64,000 nucleotides of DNA from an uncultured Planctomycetota bacterium (GCA_963737655.1 CAVTTN010000002.1:1952001-2016000), one strand, 5' to 3'. Positions 48,295 to 59,866 are shown, counted from the stretch's first letter. Program-made: numbers and translations. The notes: generated by a model not told the origin, from the letters alone.

Positions 48295-48711
48295 ATGCTT
48301 CTGAATGCGATCTTCCACACCCTCGCCTGGTCGAAGCGGCGTGATGCCCTTCGAGAGCTCGTCCGCGGGACCATCGAGAGGGAAGGCGGCGAGGTCGATC
48401 GCATCTCGATCATCGGGTTCCTGCTTCGGTCCCCGTTCCCCCCGATGGGCGGCTCGCCCGGCTATCTGAGGGTGGATTGTCGATATCCCGGGGACTCGGG
48501 CACCTGGTTCATCGGCGAATCCCAAGGGGCGGAGACACATTGGGTCTGGCGGAGCGACACGGGCGCCGAGAGGCCACCGATCGAGAGGACGGAGCCGGTC
48601 CTCGTCGCGAATGATCTGGTCGTCCTCCCCGCCTGGCTCAATGTCGTCCTCTACCTCCTGGCCCTGGTGGCGTTGCTGGGAGGGGTCTGGTACGTCTGCG
48701 TCTTCGTCTGA
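48295..48711 (+). CDS. Hypothetical protein with C-terminal TM helix
   Basis: GGAGG RBS; hydrophobic C-terminus. Confidence 0.65.
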   Translation: MLLNAIFHTLAWSKRRDALRELVRGTIEREGGEVDRISIIGFLLRSPFPPMGGSPGYLRVDCRYPGDSGTWFIGESQGAETHWVWRSDTGAERPPIERTEPVLVANDLVVLPAWLNVVLYLLALVALLGGVWYVCVFV

Positions 48712-48794
48712 ACCCGCACCGCGATCCCCGCGTCAAGTGCGATGCCACTCGACGGAGCCGGTCCTGCGAGAGGCGGACCCGTTCGATAACCGCC

Positions 48795-50036
48795 CTAACG
48801 TCCCGCCGGGGCGAACGGGGCGAGCTCGGCCCACATCGAGAGGGCGTCGGGGAAGCGGGCGTCGGGCTGGCGCTCCAGGGCCCGGTGGATGACCTCGGCC
48901 AGGACGTCGGGGATCTCCTCCCGGCGGTCCTGGATCGGGATCGGCGGGTCCTGGAGGATCATTAACAATTGTTTCTCGATGCTGGTGGGGAAGTCGTACA
49001 CCTTCCTGCCGGTCAGGAGGAAATACAGGGTGGCCCCGGCGGCGTAGATGTCGGCCGGCGGGCGGGCCTCGCGGAACTGGGTGATCTGCTCCGGCGGCAT
49101 GTAGCCATACGTCCCGGCGACCTGGCCGGTGAACGACAGGCCGCTCAGCGGCGAGTCGAGGTACAGCTTGGCCAAACCGAAGTCGGCGAGCTTCACCGAC
49201 TCCCTGCGCGTCCCGGGCTCGGAGACCAGCAGGTTCTTCGGCTTCACGTCGCGATGGACGAACCCCCGGGAGTGGGCGAAGGCCAGGGCATTCAGCATGG
49301 TCCGGGCCATCGCCACGGCGCGGGGGACGGGCAGGGGGCCGTGGCGGCGGACCAGGGCATCGGCGTCGTCGCCCGAGACCAGGTCCATCACGAAGAAGAT
49401 CAGGCCGTCGGCGTGGCCGATCTCCCGGAACCGGACGATCCCCGGATGATCCAGTTGGCGGAGGATGGCCGCCTCGCGGAGGAACCGGGCGACCACGCCT
49501 TCGGTCCCCACGGCGGCCGGCGCGATCGTCTTGACGGCCACGGCCTCGCCCGAGGGCGTGGAGGCCCGGTACACCACGCCCATCCCGCCCCGGCCGATCT
49601 CCGTCTCGAGCAGCAGGCGGGGCAGGGCGGGCAGGCCGTTGGTCGGCGTCACGCTGACCGTCGGCTCCACGAGAAGCGGCGAGAGCGGGTCGCCGGGCAG
49701 GCGGGTCTCGGTCGGGTCCGGGTCGTCCGAGCCGATCCAGAGCTTCAATTCGGTCCGACCGGCGCGGATCGTGTCGCCGTCGGCCAGGTCGATCGTCGTG
49801 ACCTGCTTGCCGTTGACCAGCGTGCCGTTGGTGCTGGCCATGTCCATCAAGCGGCACGACGGCGGATTGACTTCCACGAGGAAGTGGACCCGGGAGAGCG
49901 TCTTGTCCTTCAACGGCAGGCGGAACTGGGCGGCGGCCGACCGCCCGACGACGAAGGCGTCGTGCGCGACGAACTCGAAGGACGCGCCCGATGGGGCCCG
50001 CCGGTCACCGTGAGCGTCACCCTCATGGGCGATCAC
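48795..50036 (-). CDS. FHA-domain Ser/Thr protein kinase
   Basis: VGRS...LSRVH...STNGTLVNG (FHA); GRGGMG, HRDVKPKN, DFG. Start uncertain. Confidence 0.9.
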   Translation of the reverse strand: MIAHEGDAHGDRRAPSGASFEFVAHDAFVVGRSAAAQFRLPLKDKTLSRVHFLVEVNPPSCRLMDMASTNGTLVNGKQVTTIDLADGDTIRAGRTELKLWIGSDDPDPTETRLPGDPLSPLLVEPTVSVTPTNGLPALPRLLLETEIGRGGMGVVYRASTPSGEAVAVKTIAPAAVGTEGVVARFLREAAILRQLDHPGIVRFREIGHADGLIFFVMDLVSGDDADALVRRHGPLPVPRAVAMARTMLNALAFAHSRGFVHRDVKPKNLLVSEPGTRRESVKLADFGLAKLYLDSPLSGLSFTGQVAGTYGYMPPEQITQFREARPPADIYAAGATLYFLLTGRKVYDFPTSIEKQLLMILQDPPIPIQDRREEIPDVLAEVIHRALERQPDARFPDALSMWAELAPFAPAGR

Positions 50037-50673
50037 GATAGAGCAAACCGGCGGGCGGCGGAAGGCCCCGGGGCGATCAGGCGCCGATGTCGTCGTGATG
50101 ATGCCCGGATCGGCCCGGATGGGCCCGTTCCTGGAGGCTCACGCAGCCGATCTGCTCGTTGGTGAGGTCCGAGATGGCATCGGAGCTCAGGCTGATCGGG
50201 CCGAGGTCGTTGGGAAGGTCGTCGAGCCATCGGTCGTCGTTGTCCGGCCGGTCGTCCTGGGCTCGGTCGGCGCCTTCTGCGCCTGGGGAGGAATGTGGGT
50301 CATCGCAGGTCCCCCGTCGCATCGCGACGATTGCCGCCGGGCGAGTGGGGAGGGGTCCGAAAGGCCGTCCCCCACGCCTCGCCTACCCTCCTGTACGCTC
50401 ACCGAGCGTCGATCGGACCGGGCGATCCGCGATTTCCGCCGGATTGCGGCTTCGGCCCGCCGATCCGGTCGCAACGATCCCTCCGCCCGGGACGACCCGG
50501 CCCCTCGGCCTCGCCGGGCTGGTTCCGTCTCGGCCGAGGGGGTTCCGGGACGGAAACGGCCTGGAGACGGCCCGGTCCGGCCCTTCCCGCGGCTTGCATG
50601 GTAGGATAAACTGGAAGGGTGGGGCTGCCGCGACACGTGGCGATCACTCGGGGCGCTGGGGAGGCGGTGCGCG

Positions 50674-51197
50674 ATGGGGCGGATCGGCCAGGATCGGATT
50701 GTCCGCAAGCTGGACGAGGCCGAGGGCTATCTGATGCTCGGCCTGGCCGACCAGGCCCTGGAGATCCTCCGGTCCCGCGACGACTGGGCGACCATGCAGT
50801 TCGAGGCGAGCTTCATGACCGGCGACGCGCTGCGGCGCTGGGCCGGTTTCGCGAGGCGCTGAAGCCCCTGGAAGTCGCCGCCGCGCTGAAGCCCTCGGAC
50901 ATGGCCGTGGCCCTGGCCCAGGGCTGGTGCTACAAGAGGACCCACCGGCTGGCCCAGGCGATTGACGCCCTGGAACGGGTCGTCCCCGAGCACGCGGACG
51001 TCCCCTTGCTCCACTACAATCTCGCCTGTTACTGGAGTCTCGCCGGCCACCCGGGCAAGGCCGTTGCCGCCCTGGCCGAGGCGATCGAACTCGATCCCGA
51101 GTTCCGCGACCGAGTCGCCGCCGAGTCCGACTTCGACCCGATCCGGGGCGACGCCGAGTTCGGCCGACTCGTCGAAGGCAAGGCCCCTCTGGGGTGA
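50674..51197 (+). CDS. TPR protein, frameshift near 50840
   Basis: EAEGYLMLGL in one frame; GWCYKR...HYNLACYWSL...ESDFDPIR in the next. Confidence 0.75.
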
Positions 51198-51208
51198 GCC
51201 TCCCGGAC

Positions 51209-51844
51209 TTATTTGCTGGCCGTCTCGGCGCTCCGGCGATTTGCGGTGAGCGGCTTGGGGTGGAAGACCCGGCCCATCAGGCTCAGCCAGATGTTGCGTT
51301 GTTCGGCGGAGAGGCATCCCAGAGCGGTCGAGCCAAGCCTGGCCTCCGCCTCCGGGTCGAAGCCGCCGGACCGCTGCCGGGCCGCGTCGCGGGCCTTCAC
51401 GGCCCCTCGGATCGTCGCCTTCTGCTCCTCCGCCAGGCCCAGCGTGGACGCCACGATCGGGCGGCTGATCAGGGCCGACGGCCCTTCCCACTGAAGATCG
51501 ATCTGCACGAGCCGTTCCCTCTGCGATTCGGTCAGCTCGGTTTCGATCCAGCCGAACATCTTCCGGTCGATCGCCTCGCGACCGGGCCGGGCCTCGGCGT
51601 TGGGCTTGCCCTTGAGGGCCTCGGCCGCCAGCCAGCATTCGCGGACGGTGGCCTCGGCCGATCGGGCCTGGACCGGCGTGAGGCCCAGGTCCTCGCGGAC
51701 GTCCGAGCGCGTCAGGAGCAGGATCGGTACGACTCGGGTGCCCAGCCGGAAGTCGGGCAACGGCGGGTCTTCGGCCCGGACGGCCCCGATCAGGGCCGTC
51801 AGGACGAGGACCACGGCCGGGAGTCGTCGGGCAATCGTGGGCAT
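51209..51844 (-). CDS. Exported helical hypothetical protein
   Basis: AGGAG RBS, signal ending AVRA, LTESQRERLVQIDLQ motif. Confidence 0.7.
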   Translation of the reverse strand: MPTIARRLPAVVLVLTALIGAVRAEDPPLPDFRLGTRVVPILLLTRSDVREDLGLTPVQARSAEATVRECWLAAEALKGKPNAEARPGREAIDRKMFGWIETELTESQRERLVQIDLQWEGPSALISRPIVASTLGLAEEQKATIRGAVKARDAARQRSGGFDPEAEARLGSTALGCLSAEQRNIWLSLMGRVFHPKPLTANRRSAETASK

Positions 51845-52016
51845 GGGTCGGCTCCTTCCGACGGGCACCGGCCCTGATCCGGGGCCGGGCGCTCGGGCGA
51901 CTCTTGTACGTCCCGGGCCGGGATCTGGGAAGGCCAACAAACAGGCCGGGGAGATCGACCGCGAATTGCGGCGGATCTCCCCGGCATGGCGAGAGTTCGA
52001 AAGGACGAGGCAAGAC

Positions 52017-53644
52017 TCAGTTGTCCGGATCTTCGCTCGGCATCGGCGCGCCCTTGGTCGTCTGGCCCCCTCGGTTCGCGCCATTGCCGGTGCCGCGAGT
52101 CGCCGCACCATTCGCAGCACCACCGCCAGGAGCACCCGGTCCGCCCGGACCACCACCGCCCGGACCACCGGGACCACCAGGGCCGCCGTTACCACGACCG
52201 TTCCGACCGCCGGGACCACCCCGGTTCCCCGCCACGTCCTTGGCCAGGGCGTAGAGGTCGATGTCCGGGCCGAGCAACTTGTTGAAGTTGGCCTTCTGGC
52301 CCTTGGTCAGGACCTTGGCGATCTTCGCCTCGGTCGCCTTTTCCATGGCCCGGGTCTCCTCGGTCATCTTGGTCATCCGTTCCCGCATCGCGGCCATGGC
52401 CGCCGGGTCCGGATTCCCCCGATTCCCGCGCCCACCCGGATTGTTGCCGTTGCCGGCGTTGCCATTCCCGTTGCCGTTGCCGTTGCCGTTCCCATTGGCG
52501 TTGGGCTGAGCATCATCGGCCGGATCTTCTGCGGGAGGATTCGCGCGGGCGTTGCCACGAGCCTGAGCCCCACCCTGAGCATTCGCGCCGCCCGGGCCAC
52601 CGGGTCCGCCCGGGCCACCGGGTCCGCCAGGCCCACCCGGGCCGCCGGGGCCACCCGGACCGCCATTGCCTCGCATCCCGGCCCACATTCCCTGCATGAG
52701 CTGGCGCTGGGCTTCCTGGGACTCGGTCAGGACGAGCTGGACCTGTTCCAATTTGTCCTCGTCCATGTTGATCTTCTGGGCGATTTCCGGCCGGGCCACG
52801 GCGGTCACGCCCTCGATCCTCAGGGCGATCTGGGCGAGGCGGGCCTTTTGACCCTTGTTCAGGATCTTGCCGTAGGCGGCTTCCGCTTCCTGGGTCAGTT
52901 GGGTCATCAGCGCCATGACCTGGGGATCGGGCCCGCCGCCTCGGTTGCCCCGCCCGCCCTGGGCGTTGTTCTGCGGTCCATTCTGGCCATTGGCCTGGCC
53001 ACCCCGGGCGTTCTGGCCGTTGGCCTGTCCGCCTCGACCGTTCTGGCCGTTGGCCTGTCCGCCGGCGCGTTACCCTGTCCGCCGGGTGCGTTGCCCGGGC
53101 CGCCGGGACCGTTATTCGCGCCCCCTTGTCGATTCCGCATCTGGCTGAAGAGTTCCTGGCGCTTCTTGTTGACCAGGTCGCTGAGTTCCTTCCACTCTTC
53201 CTTCTGATCGTCCGTCATCTTGAGCTCGTCCTGGAGGACGGTCGAGCGGGCGATGAGGTCCGTCAGCCGGCTGACGGGGGTCGCGGTATCCTGTCCGCCG
53301 GGCCCGCCCTGTCCGCCGGGGCCTCCTCGGCCTCCCGGTCCACCACGCCCCCCGAACCCTCCGCCGCCGCCGACGACCATCTGGCGGAGCATGCGGAGTT
53401 GGTTCTCGGGATCCTCCATCATCGCGGCCATCGGGTTGTTGGCGTTGCCCTTGGCCTGGTCCTTGGTGGCGGCGGGGTCCTCGCCGTCGGCCGCCTTGGT
53501 CCGGGCGGGGCGCGCGGCCTTGCTGGCGGCGGCCTTGGTGGTGCCGGCGGTCTTGCCCGTCTGGGCCAGGCTGAGCCCCGGGAATGCGGTCAGGGCCATG
53601 CCGGCCCCGACGGCGAGCGGGATCAGACGCTTCCTCATCATCAT
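52017..53644 (-). CDS. Exported Gly/Pro/Asn-rich protein, frameshifted around 52920-53080
   Basis: Signal peptide, GGP repeats, ILNKGQKARLAQI and VLTKGQKANF motifs in two consecutive ORFs. Confidence 0.7.
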
Positions 53645-53853
53645 GGCGGCATCCTCCGAGACGGCGAGGCGACGAGCAGGGGGGATTGGCCAACCGCTCC
53701 GGCGGTCCGGGGCGTGGCGGGATCGGACCGGCTGACAGCGACGGCCGACCCTCTCACAGGCATCAGCGCCAATCCCGGCCGGCGTGTCCCAACTCTTTTC
53801 CCCGTTTTCTCGAAGTCAAACGCCTCCGCGGATTTTCTCGCGCCCCACGACCA

Positions 53854-54599
53854 TCACGCATGGATTCGCCAGAGCCAGGCCGCCAGGACGACCCCGGCGC
53901 CCAGAGTGGCGATCCGGACGCCCGTCCGATAGAGGCGGAACCGACCCCGGCGGGGAGGTTCCGCTCCGGGAGCCTCGGTCGCGGACAGCCGTTCCAGGCC
54001 TCCCACGGCATTCATCCCGACCAGGTGGACCATCAGGAGCAACAAGAAGCCGAACCCCTGTTCCATCCACGACCGGAGGGGCAGGGCGGCGAGCCTCGCC
54101 CGCGAGGGCCAGACCGAGGCCAGGGTCGAATCGGGCCGGAAGACCACGAGTCGGGCCCCCGCGCGGCCCGGCCCGACTCGTCGCGGACGACCAGGGTGAG
54201 TTCCGCCGGTCCGGACGCCCCGGCCGAGGGCGTCCCTCGGATCATCCCGGAGCCCGCGTCCAGCTCCAGCCCGGCCGGCAGGTCGCCGACGACCGACCAG
54301 GTCTTGGGGCCGGAGCCGCCCTCGGAGGCCAGGGCGAGCGTGTAGGGCCGGCCGGCGATGGCCTCGGGAAGCGCCTCGGGCGTGGAGATCGCAAGCTCCT
54401 TCGTCTTTTCCTTTTCCGACCCCGGATCGCTCGGTTTGGGCGTGTCGGTCGCCTTCGGGATCAGGGCCATGATCACCATCGTCAGCAGGAGGATGAACAG
54501 CAAGGCCCCGGTCAGCTTCGTGACGACCACCGCCACGAACGAATCCTCGCCCGAGCCGCCGAATTCCATCCCCGAGCCGCCCCGTCGCGATCGCCTCAT
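53854..54599 (-). CDS. Membrane protein with putative Ig (He_PIG-like) domain, frameshifted near 54150
   Basis: TM after GEDSF; LPAGLELDAGSGMIRGTP Ig motif; further TM segments in another frame. Confidence 0.65.
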
Positions 54600-54612
54600 G
54601 GCCTCCCCCGTT

Positions 54613-54698
54613 GGGTGCATGCAATGCACCGTCATGTCCGGTGCATCGAATGCACCAAGGGCCCCGGTGATTCAAAATGGTTGCCGCTCATGCACCCG
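54613..54698. repeat. REP-like GGTGCAT-N3-ATGCACC palindromes
   Basis: ggtgcatgcaatgcacc, ggtgcatcgaatgcacc and a distal atgcaccc. Confidence 0.6.
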
Positions 54699-54701
54699 AC
54701 G

Positions 54702-55980
54702 TCACGACGCCTCTTCGCGATAGACCGAGAACTTCGACTTGACGATGCTCCGGTACAGGGCGTTGCCCTGTTCCATGCTGACGTTGAGCATGTCCAGGGC
54801 GTCCTTGAGGCTGCCGAGGGTCCGGGCGAGCTGCTCCTGGGTGGTCTTGCTCGACTTCTCGAAGGCCGCGGCCCACTGGGCGGCGAGGTTCTCGACGGCC
54901 ACGCACTGGCGGTCGATCCCCCGGCGGATGGCGTCGAGCTGCTCGTCGGTCCCGCTCTCGGCGGTCAGGACGGTTTCGATCCGGGCGAGGGTGGCCACGC
55001 CCTTGCGGATCGAGTCGCCGGCCCCGGCGACGGCCGAGAGCTCGCCGCCGAGCCGTCCGATCGCCTCGGCCCCCCGGTTCAGGCCGTCCATCGCCGGAGG
55101 GAGGCGGTCGATGGCCGTCGAGAACCTGGCCACGTTGGCGCCCAGGCCCTCGCCCAGACGCTCGGCCAGGGCGGCGAAGTCCTCGTGGAGCCGGTCCAGC
55201 CTCGCGGCCAGGGCGGATTCGGACGCTTCCTCGGTCGTCACCGCCAGGACGTGATCGACGATCCAGCGATCGACCCGGGCCAGGAAGTCTTCGGACCGGC
55301 GATGGACCAGGGTCTGGACCAGCATCAACGCCGCGCTCAGGAACAGGGCCAGCAACGTGCTGTCGAAGGCGACCTGCAAGGCCGACGTGACGCTCGTGAG
55401 GTTCTGCATGAACCCGTCGAGGTCCTTGACCATCGGCAAGACCCGGCTGATGTTCATCAGGGCCTTGGAAATGCCCTCGACGGTCCCGATAAACCCAATC
55501 ACCGGCAGGAGATACAGGATATACTTGGTGATCGTGAACCGGCCGGCCGCCTGCTCCTGGTCCAGCCCCGACGCCTCGCGGTTCAGCTCCATCTTCTGCG
55601 ACGAGGACGACGAGGACGAGGCCATCTGCCGGACCCGGGCCGGGAGGACCCGGCGCTCGTCCTTGGCGATCGAGTCCGGCGAGGCGAGGAGGGCCGGGGC
55701 CTCGGCGAACGCCTTCTCATTGGACCAGAGCCGGAACAATTCCGAACCCAGGGCCACCACGGCATAGGCGTAGAGGCCCGTCCCGACGAACTGCTCCCAG
55801 CCTCGCTCGAACATGAGCGTGGGGTTGAAGATCATCAGCGAGACGGGGAACGCCAGGGCCAGGCCCAGCATGGCGAGCGTGCCGGGATAGGCCAGGCGAG
55901 AGGTCTGGTGGGCGGCGGGTCGGGACGACATCGGGGCCTCCTCCTGGGCCGACGCGCGGCGACCCGGCGATTCCGGCATC
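54702..55980 (-). CDS. MotA/TolQ/ExbB proton-channel family protein with coiled-coil tail
   Basis: LPVIGFIGTVEGI...ALQVAFDSTLLAL; start uncertain. Confidence 0.8.
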
Positions 55981-56092
55981 GCCGATCCGCGCGACACAAT
56001 CCGTATCATCGGCGCAACCCCGGCCGATCTTGACTCGCCTGTCTACCCCGAAGCCGCCGGGAGGTCCAGAGCAGTCGGCCCGAGGCGCGAGG

Positions 56093-56560
56093 TCACGCCT
56101 CCGAGAGCTTCCGGTAGCGATGCTCCGCGAAGCGCTTCCAGCCCGCCTTGTTCCTCGATTCCACGGCCCAGGAGAATCCCTCGTCGTCGCCCGGCCAGTA
56201 GATCATCCTGGCGAGGCCGGCGGGCATCTGGGCCTCGAAACCGATGGCCTCGGGGTGGACGTCGGTCACGTCGGCCAGCTTCCCCTCCGAACGCTTGCCG
56301 TCGGACGTGAACGACCAGAAGACGAGCGATCCCCCCTCGCCGGGCCCGAAGACGGCGTGCTCGATGTACGCTTTCTCCGCGAATTCCCACCGGGCATCCA
56401 GCAGGACGTAAGAACGGTTCAGGGCCCGGGCGAAGGTCCGGAAGCAGACCAGGGGCCCCATCGGCGAATCGGTTTCCGCCCTCCAGGCCCCGATCAGAGG
56501 GTCCAGGACCCCCAGCTTCCCCCGTCCCTTCTTCCACCGACGCCCCTTCGCATCGCTCAT
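56093..56560 (-). CDS. Hypothetical beta-barrel-like protein
   Basis: LDPLIGAW; co-oriented after hpnD. Confidence 0.65.
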   Translation of the reverse strand: MSDAKGRRWKKGRGKLGVLDPLIGAWRAETDSPMGPLVCFRTFARALNRSYVLLDARWEFAEKAYIEHAVFGPGEGGSLVFWSFTSDGKRSEGKLADVTDVHPEAIGFEAQMPAGLARMIYWPGDDEGFSWAVESRNKAGWKRFAEHRYRKLSEA

Positions 56561-56585
56561 CGGAGGGCTCCCGAAAGGTCTCGCG

Positions 56586-57449
56586 TCATCGCGACAGCCC
56601 GGCCAGGGCGCCGAGGGTGATCGCCGCCTTCTTCCACGAGGGCAAGGAGATCCGACCGGCCAGGACGTTCCAGTCCCTCCGGGCGATCTCGTCGAGCAAG
56701 GCCCGGTAGATCCCCACGATCGCCCGGAGGACCGGCCGGCCGACCGGCGCCACGAGTCGGATCAACGGCGCGGCCTCGGCGTAGAAGTCATACGCGCGAC
56801 GGCCCTCGAACTCGAACAGGGCGCGGACGCGGTCGCTGGGCACGTCGGCGCGGAGGTCCTCGGGCGTCACTCCGAATCGTTCCAGGTCGTCCTGCGGCAG
56901 GTAGATCCGCCCCTGGCGGGCGTCCTCGCGGACGTCTCGCAGGATGTTCGTGAGCTGGAGGGCCACGCCGCACTTCTCGGCCAGCGCCTCGGCCCGACCC
57001 CCCTCGGAGCGATAGCCCCAGATGTGAATGCACGACAGCCCCACGGCCGACGCCACCCGGTAGCAATAGGCGTACAGGTCGTCGAACGAGGCGAACGGCC
57101 GGGGCTCGACGTCCATCGCCACGCCGTCGATGACCTCGTGGAGATATCGGGCCGGGATCGCGTGGCGAGCGACCGAATCGGCCAGGGCGGGCAGGCCCGG
57201 CCAGGCGTCCGGATGACCGTCCAGGGCGCGGTCGAGGTCGGTCCGCCAGCGGTCCAGGGCCTCGCGCTTCCCCCCGCTGGGGCCGGGCTCGTCGGCGAGG
57301 TCGTCGGTGTGGCGGAGGAAGGCGTAGAGGGCGCACATGGCCCGCCTTCGCCCGGGAGGGAGCAGGAGGAAGCTGTAATAGAAGTTCTTCGCCTCGCGTC
57401 GCGAGACCTCGGCGCAGAACCGATAGCTCGCCTTGAGGGCCGCGTCCAT
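56586..57449 (-). CDS. hpnD: Presqualene diphosphate synthase (phytoene/squalene synthase family)
   Basis: NFYYSF, TDDLAD, YCYRVASAVG, QLTNILRDVRED, GRIYLP; adjacent to hpnC. Confidence 0.85.
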   Translation of the reverse strand: MDAALKASYRFCAEVSRREAKNFYYSFLLLPPGRRRAMCALYAFLRHTDDLADEPGPSGGKREALDRWRTDLDRALDGHPDAWPGLPALADSVARHAIPARYLHEVIDGVAMDVEPRPFASFDDLYAYCYRVASAVGLSCIHIWGYRSEGGRAEALAEKCGVALQLTNILRDVREDARQGRIYLPQDDLERFGVTPEDLRADVPSDRVRALFEFEGRRAYDFYAEAAPLIRLVAPVGRPVLRAIVGIYRALLDEIARRDWNVLAGRISLPSWKKAAITLGALAGLSR

Positions 57450-57452
57450 CGT

Positions 57453-58403
57453 TCAGGCCCCCCCGTCGGCGGCCGGCCGGACCCGGGCGCGAGTCGCGAC
57501 CGGGGCCTTGCTCATCCAGAGGGCCCGGAGCAGCAGGCCGGCCTTGGCGAGCTTCCCGAGCTTCGGGCGCCCGGTCAGCACGTCGAATTTCCTCGCCGCG
57601 ATCCGGTCGAGGATCGCCAGGCCGCCCCGGGTGAAGAGGTCCACGTCCACGGCGAGATCGCGGGGCATCCGGGCCACCAGCGGCCAGCCTCGGTGGAGGA
57701 GCGTCCGGGCCCGATCCACCTCGAATTCCAGGAGGGCCGCGAACTCGGGCGTGAACCGCCTGGCCCGGAGGTCCGGCTCGGTCACGCCGAACCGCTCGCG
57801 GTCGTCCCGGGGCAGGTAGATCCGGCCGATGTCCAGGTCTCGCGAAACGTCCTGCCAGAAATTCGCGAGCTGGAGGGCCGAGCAGGTGCAATCCGACAGC
57901 GCCGCGTTCTCCGGGGACATGCATCGGCCGAGGTAGAGGACCAGATGCCCGACCGGGTTGGCCGATCGCGTGCAATAATCGAGCAATTGCTCATAGGAAT
58001 CGTATTCGAGGACGTCCTGGTCCTGCTCGAAGGCCGAGATCAGGGCCTCGAACGGGTCGATCGGGATGGCGAACTCGGCGACGGTCGCGGCCAGGGCGAT
58101 CATCACGGGATGGCGGGGGGCCTCCCCGGCGAACATCGAGCGGAGCTCGCCCCGCCACCAGGCCAGGAGCTCGCGCGAGCGTTGGCGGTCGCCGAGTTCG
58201 TCGCCCAGGTCGTCGGACCACCGGCAGAAGGCGTAGATGCTGGCGAAGTGGGGCCTCAGCGGGCGAGGCGTCAGCCAGGTCACGACGCTGAAGTTCTCGT
58301 AGTGCGAGGCCGTGAGGCCGGCGCAGTAGGCGAGGGCCTGATCCGGGGAGGGGACCGTCGGGCCATCGGGCCCGAACCGGGCGAGGTCGTCGGCGAACGG
58401 CAT
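57453..58403 (-). CDS. hpnC: Squalene synthase HpnC
   Basis: HYENF, SDDLGDE, YCTRSANPVG, QLANFWQDV. Confidence 0.9.
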   Translation of the reverse strand: MPFADDLARFGPDGPTVPSPDQALAYCAGLTASHYENFSVVTWLTPRPLRPHFASIYAFCRWSDDLGDELGDRQRSRELLAWWRGELRSMFAGEAPRHPVMIALAATVAEFAIPIDPFEALISAFEQDQDVLEYDSYEQLLDYCTRSANPVGHLVLYLGRCMSPENAALSDCTCSALQLANFWQDVSRDLDIGRIYLPRDDRERFGVTEPDLRARRFTPEFAALLEFEVDRARTLLHRGWPLVARMPRDLAVDVDLFTRGGLAILDRIAARKFDVLTGRPKLGKLAKAGLLLRALWMSKAPVATRARVRPAADGGA

Positions 58404-58626
58404 GGGCGGGCTCGCGAGGGGGGCAGGTCCGGGAGGGGATTCTAACGCCTCGCCCCCGGGCTTGCCCAGGGGGGCCGCACGCTCGACAGCCTCGGAGACG
58501 GTGTGCTAGATTCGGGCCCGACCGCCGGGACCGGGCCGGCGGAGCGCTCCCCACCAACCCGGCCCGACGGCGCGACGTGCGCCCGGGGGCCGCCCGAGAC
58601 GACCCGAGCCGAGGTGTCGCCCAGCC

Positions 58627-59289
58627 ATGAGACAGGGACTTTTGATGACCGCCATCCGCCGGGGCTGCCTGGCCCTGCTCGGGACCATCGCCGTGGCGTC
58701 GTCCACCGCCTCGGCCGCCGACAAGCCGGTCGTGGTCGTGGAGACCAGCCTGGGCAACATCACGATCGAGCTGGAGCCCGAGAAGGCCCCGAAGACCGTC
58801 GAGAATTTCCTGAAGTATGTCGATGAGGGCTACTACAACGGGACGATCTTCCATCGGGTGATCGGCCCGAACCCGCCGGGCAACCCCGACGGCTTCATGA
58901 TCCAGGGCGGCGGGTTCGACCAGAAGGGCGTCGAGAAGAAGACCCGCCCGCCGATCCCCAACGAGTCCCTGGCCTTCAACAAGAAGGGGATGAGCAACCA
59001 GCGAGGGACCATCGCCATGGCCCGGACGCCCGACCCGAACTCGGCGACCTCGCAGTTCTTCATCAACCTGAGCAACAAGAACGAGCAGCTCGACGAGTAC
59101 CAGAGGGCCGGCTACGCGGCCTTCGGCAAGGTCATCGGCGGGATGGACGTCGTGGACAAGATCGCCAAGGTCGAGACCGGGGTGGGCAAGCTCACCAGCC
59201 TCGTCGACGGCGAGCCCCTGGCCGGGACGCATCAGGACGTGCCGTTGCAGCCGGTCGTCATCAAGACGATCAAGCGCAAGGCCAAGTGA
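58627..59289 (+). CDS. Periplasmic cyclophilin-type peptidyl-prolyl isomerase
   Basis: [35 protein letters not shown]. Confidence 0.93.
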   Translation: MRQGLLMTAIRRGCLALLGTIAVASSTASAADKPVVVVETSLGNITIELEPEKAPKTVENFLKYVDEGYYNGTIFHRVIGPNPPGNPDGFMIQGGGFDQKGVEKKTRPPIPNESLAFNKKGMSNQRGTIAMARTPDPNSATSQFFINLSNKNEQLDEYQRAGYAAFGKVIGGMDVVDKIAKVETGVGKLTSLVDGEPLAGTHQDVPLQPVVIKTIKRKAK

Positions 59290-59497
59290 AGCCGAAAGAA
59301 AGGCGGAGGCCATCGGGCCGCCGGGGCCTCCCCGCCGCCTTGACCCCCCTCCGCCCGCCTCTTATCATGGTCGGGCGTCGGGGGGCCTCGACGGGAGACG
59401 CCAACGCCCGTCCCGTCCCGTCCCCCTCGCCCGGCCGCCGCGGACCGATCGCTTCGAATCGATCCGAACACCGTCTACGAAGGAAGGAGCTTCTGGA

Positions 59498-59797
59498 ATG
59501 GCCCACGTGGTCGCGGAGCCGTGCTTCGACTGCAAGTACACGGACTGCGTCGTCGTCTGCCCGGTCGATTGCTTCTACGAAGGGGACCAGATCCTCTACA
59601 TCCACCCGGAGGAGTGCATCGACTGCGAGGCCTGCGTGCCGGAGTGCCCCGTCGAGGCGATCTTCCACGAGGACAACCTCCCCGACGACTGGAAGGAGTT
59701 CACCGAGCTCAACGCCGAGATGGCGCCCAAGTGCCCGGTGATCACCGAGAAGAAGTCGGCCCTGGAAGGCGAGTCCTGCAACAAGGCCCAGCACTGA
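59498..59797 (+). CDS. fdxA: 7Fe-type ferredoxin (FdxA family)
   Basis: [18 protein letters not shown]...[13 protein letters not shown]. Confidence 0.9.
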   Translation: MAHVVAEPCFDCKYTDCVVVCPVDCFYEGDQILYIHPEECIDCEACVPECPVEAIFHEDNLPDDWKEFTELNAEMAPKCPVITEKKSALEGESCNKAQH

Positions 59798-59866
59798 GCG
59801 CCCGCCCCGAGGCCGAGATCGGCCGTGACGCCAATCACGGCCCGATCGTGACCATACCATCCGACA

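Noticed and set aside
50077..50322. 81-aa minus-strand ORF upstream of the FHA kinase
   Set aside because: No recognisable motif or clear start, so it cannot be supported.
56586..58403. hpnC-hpnD without adjacent hpnE as a novel pathway
   Set aside because: hpnE may lie elsewhere in the genome, and nothing in the window supports an alternative.
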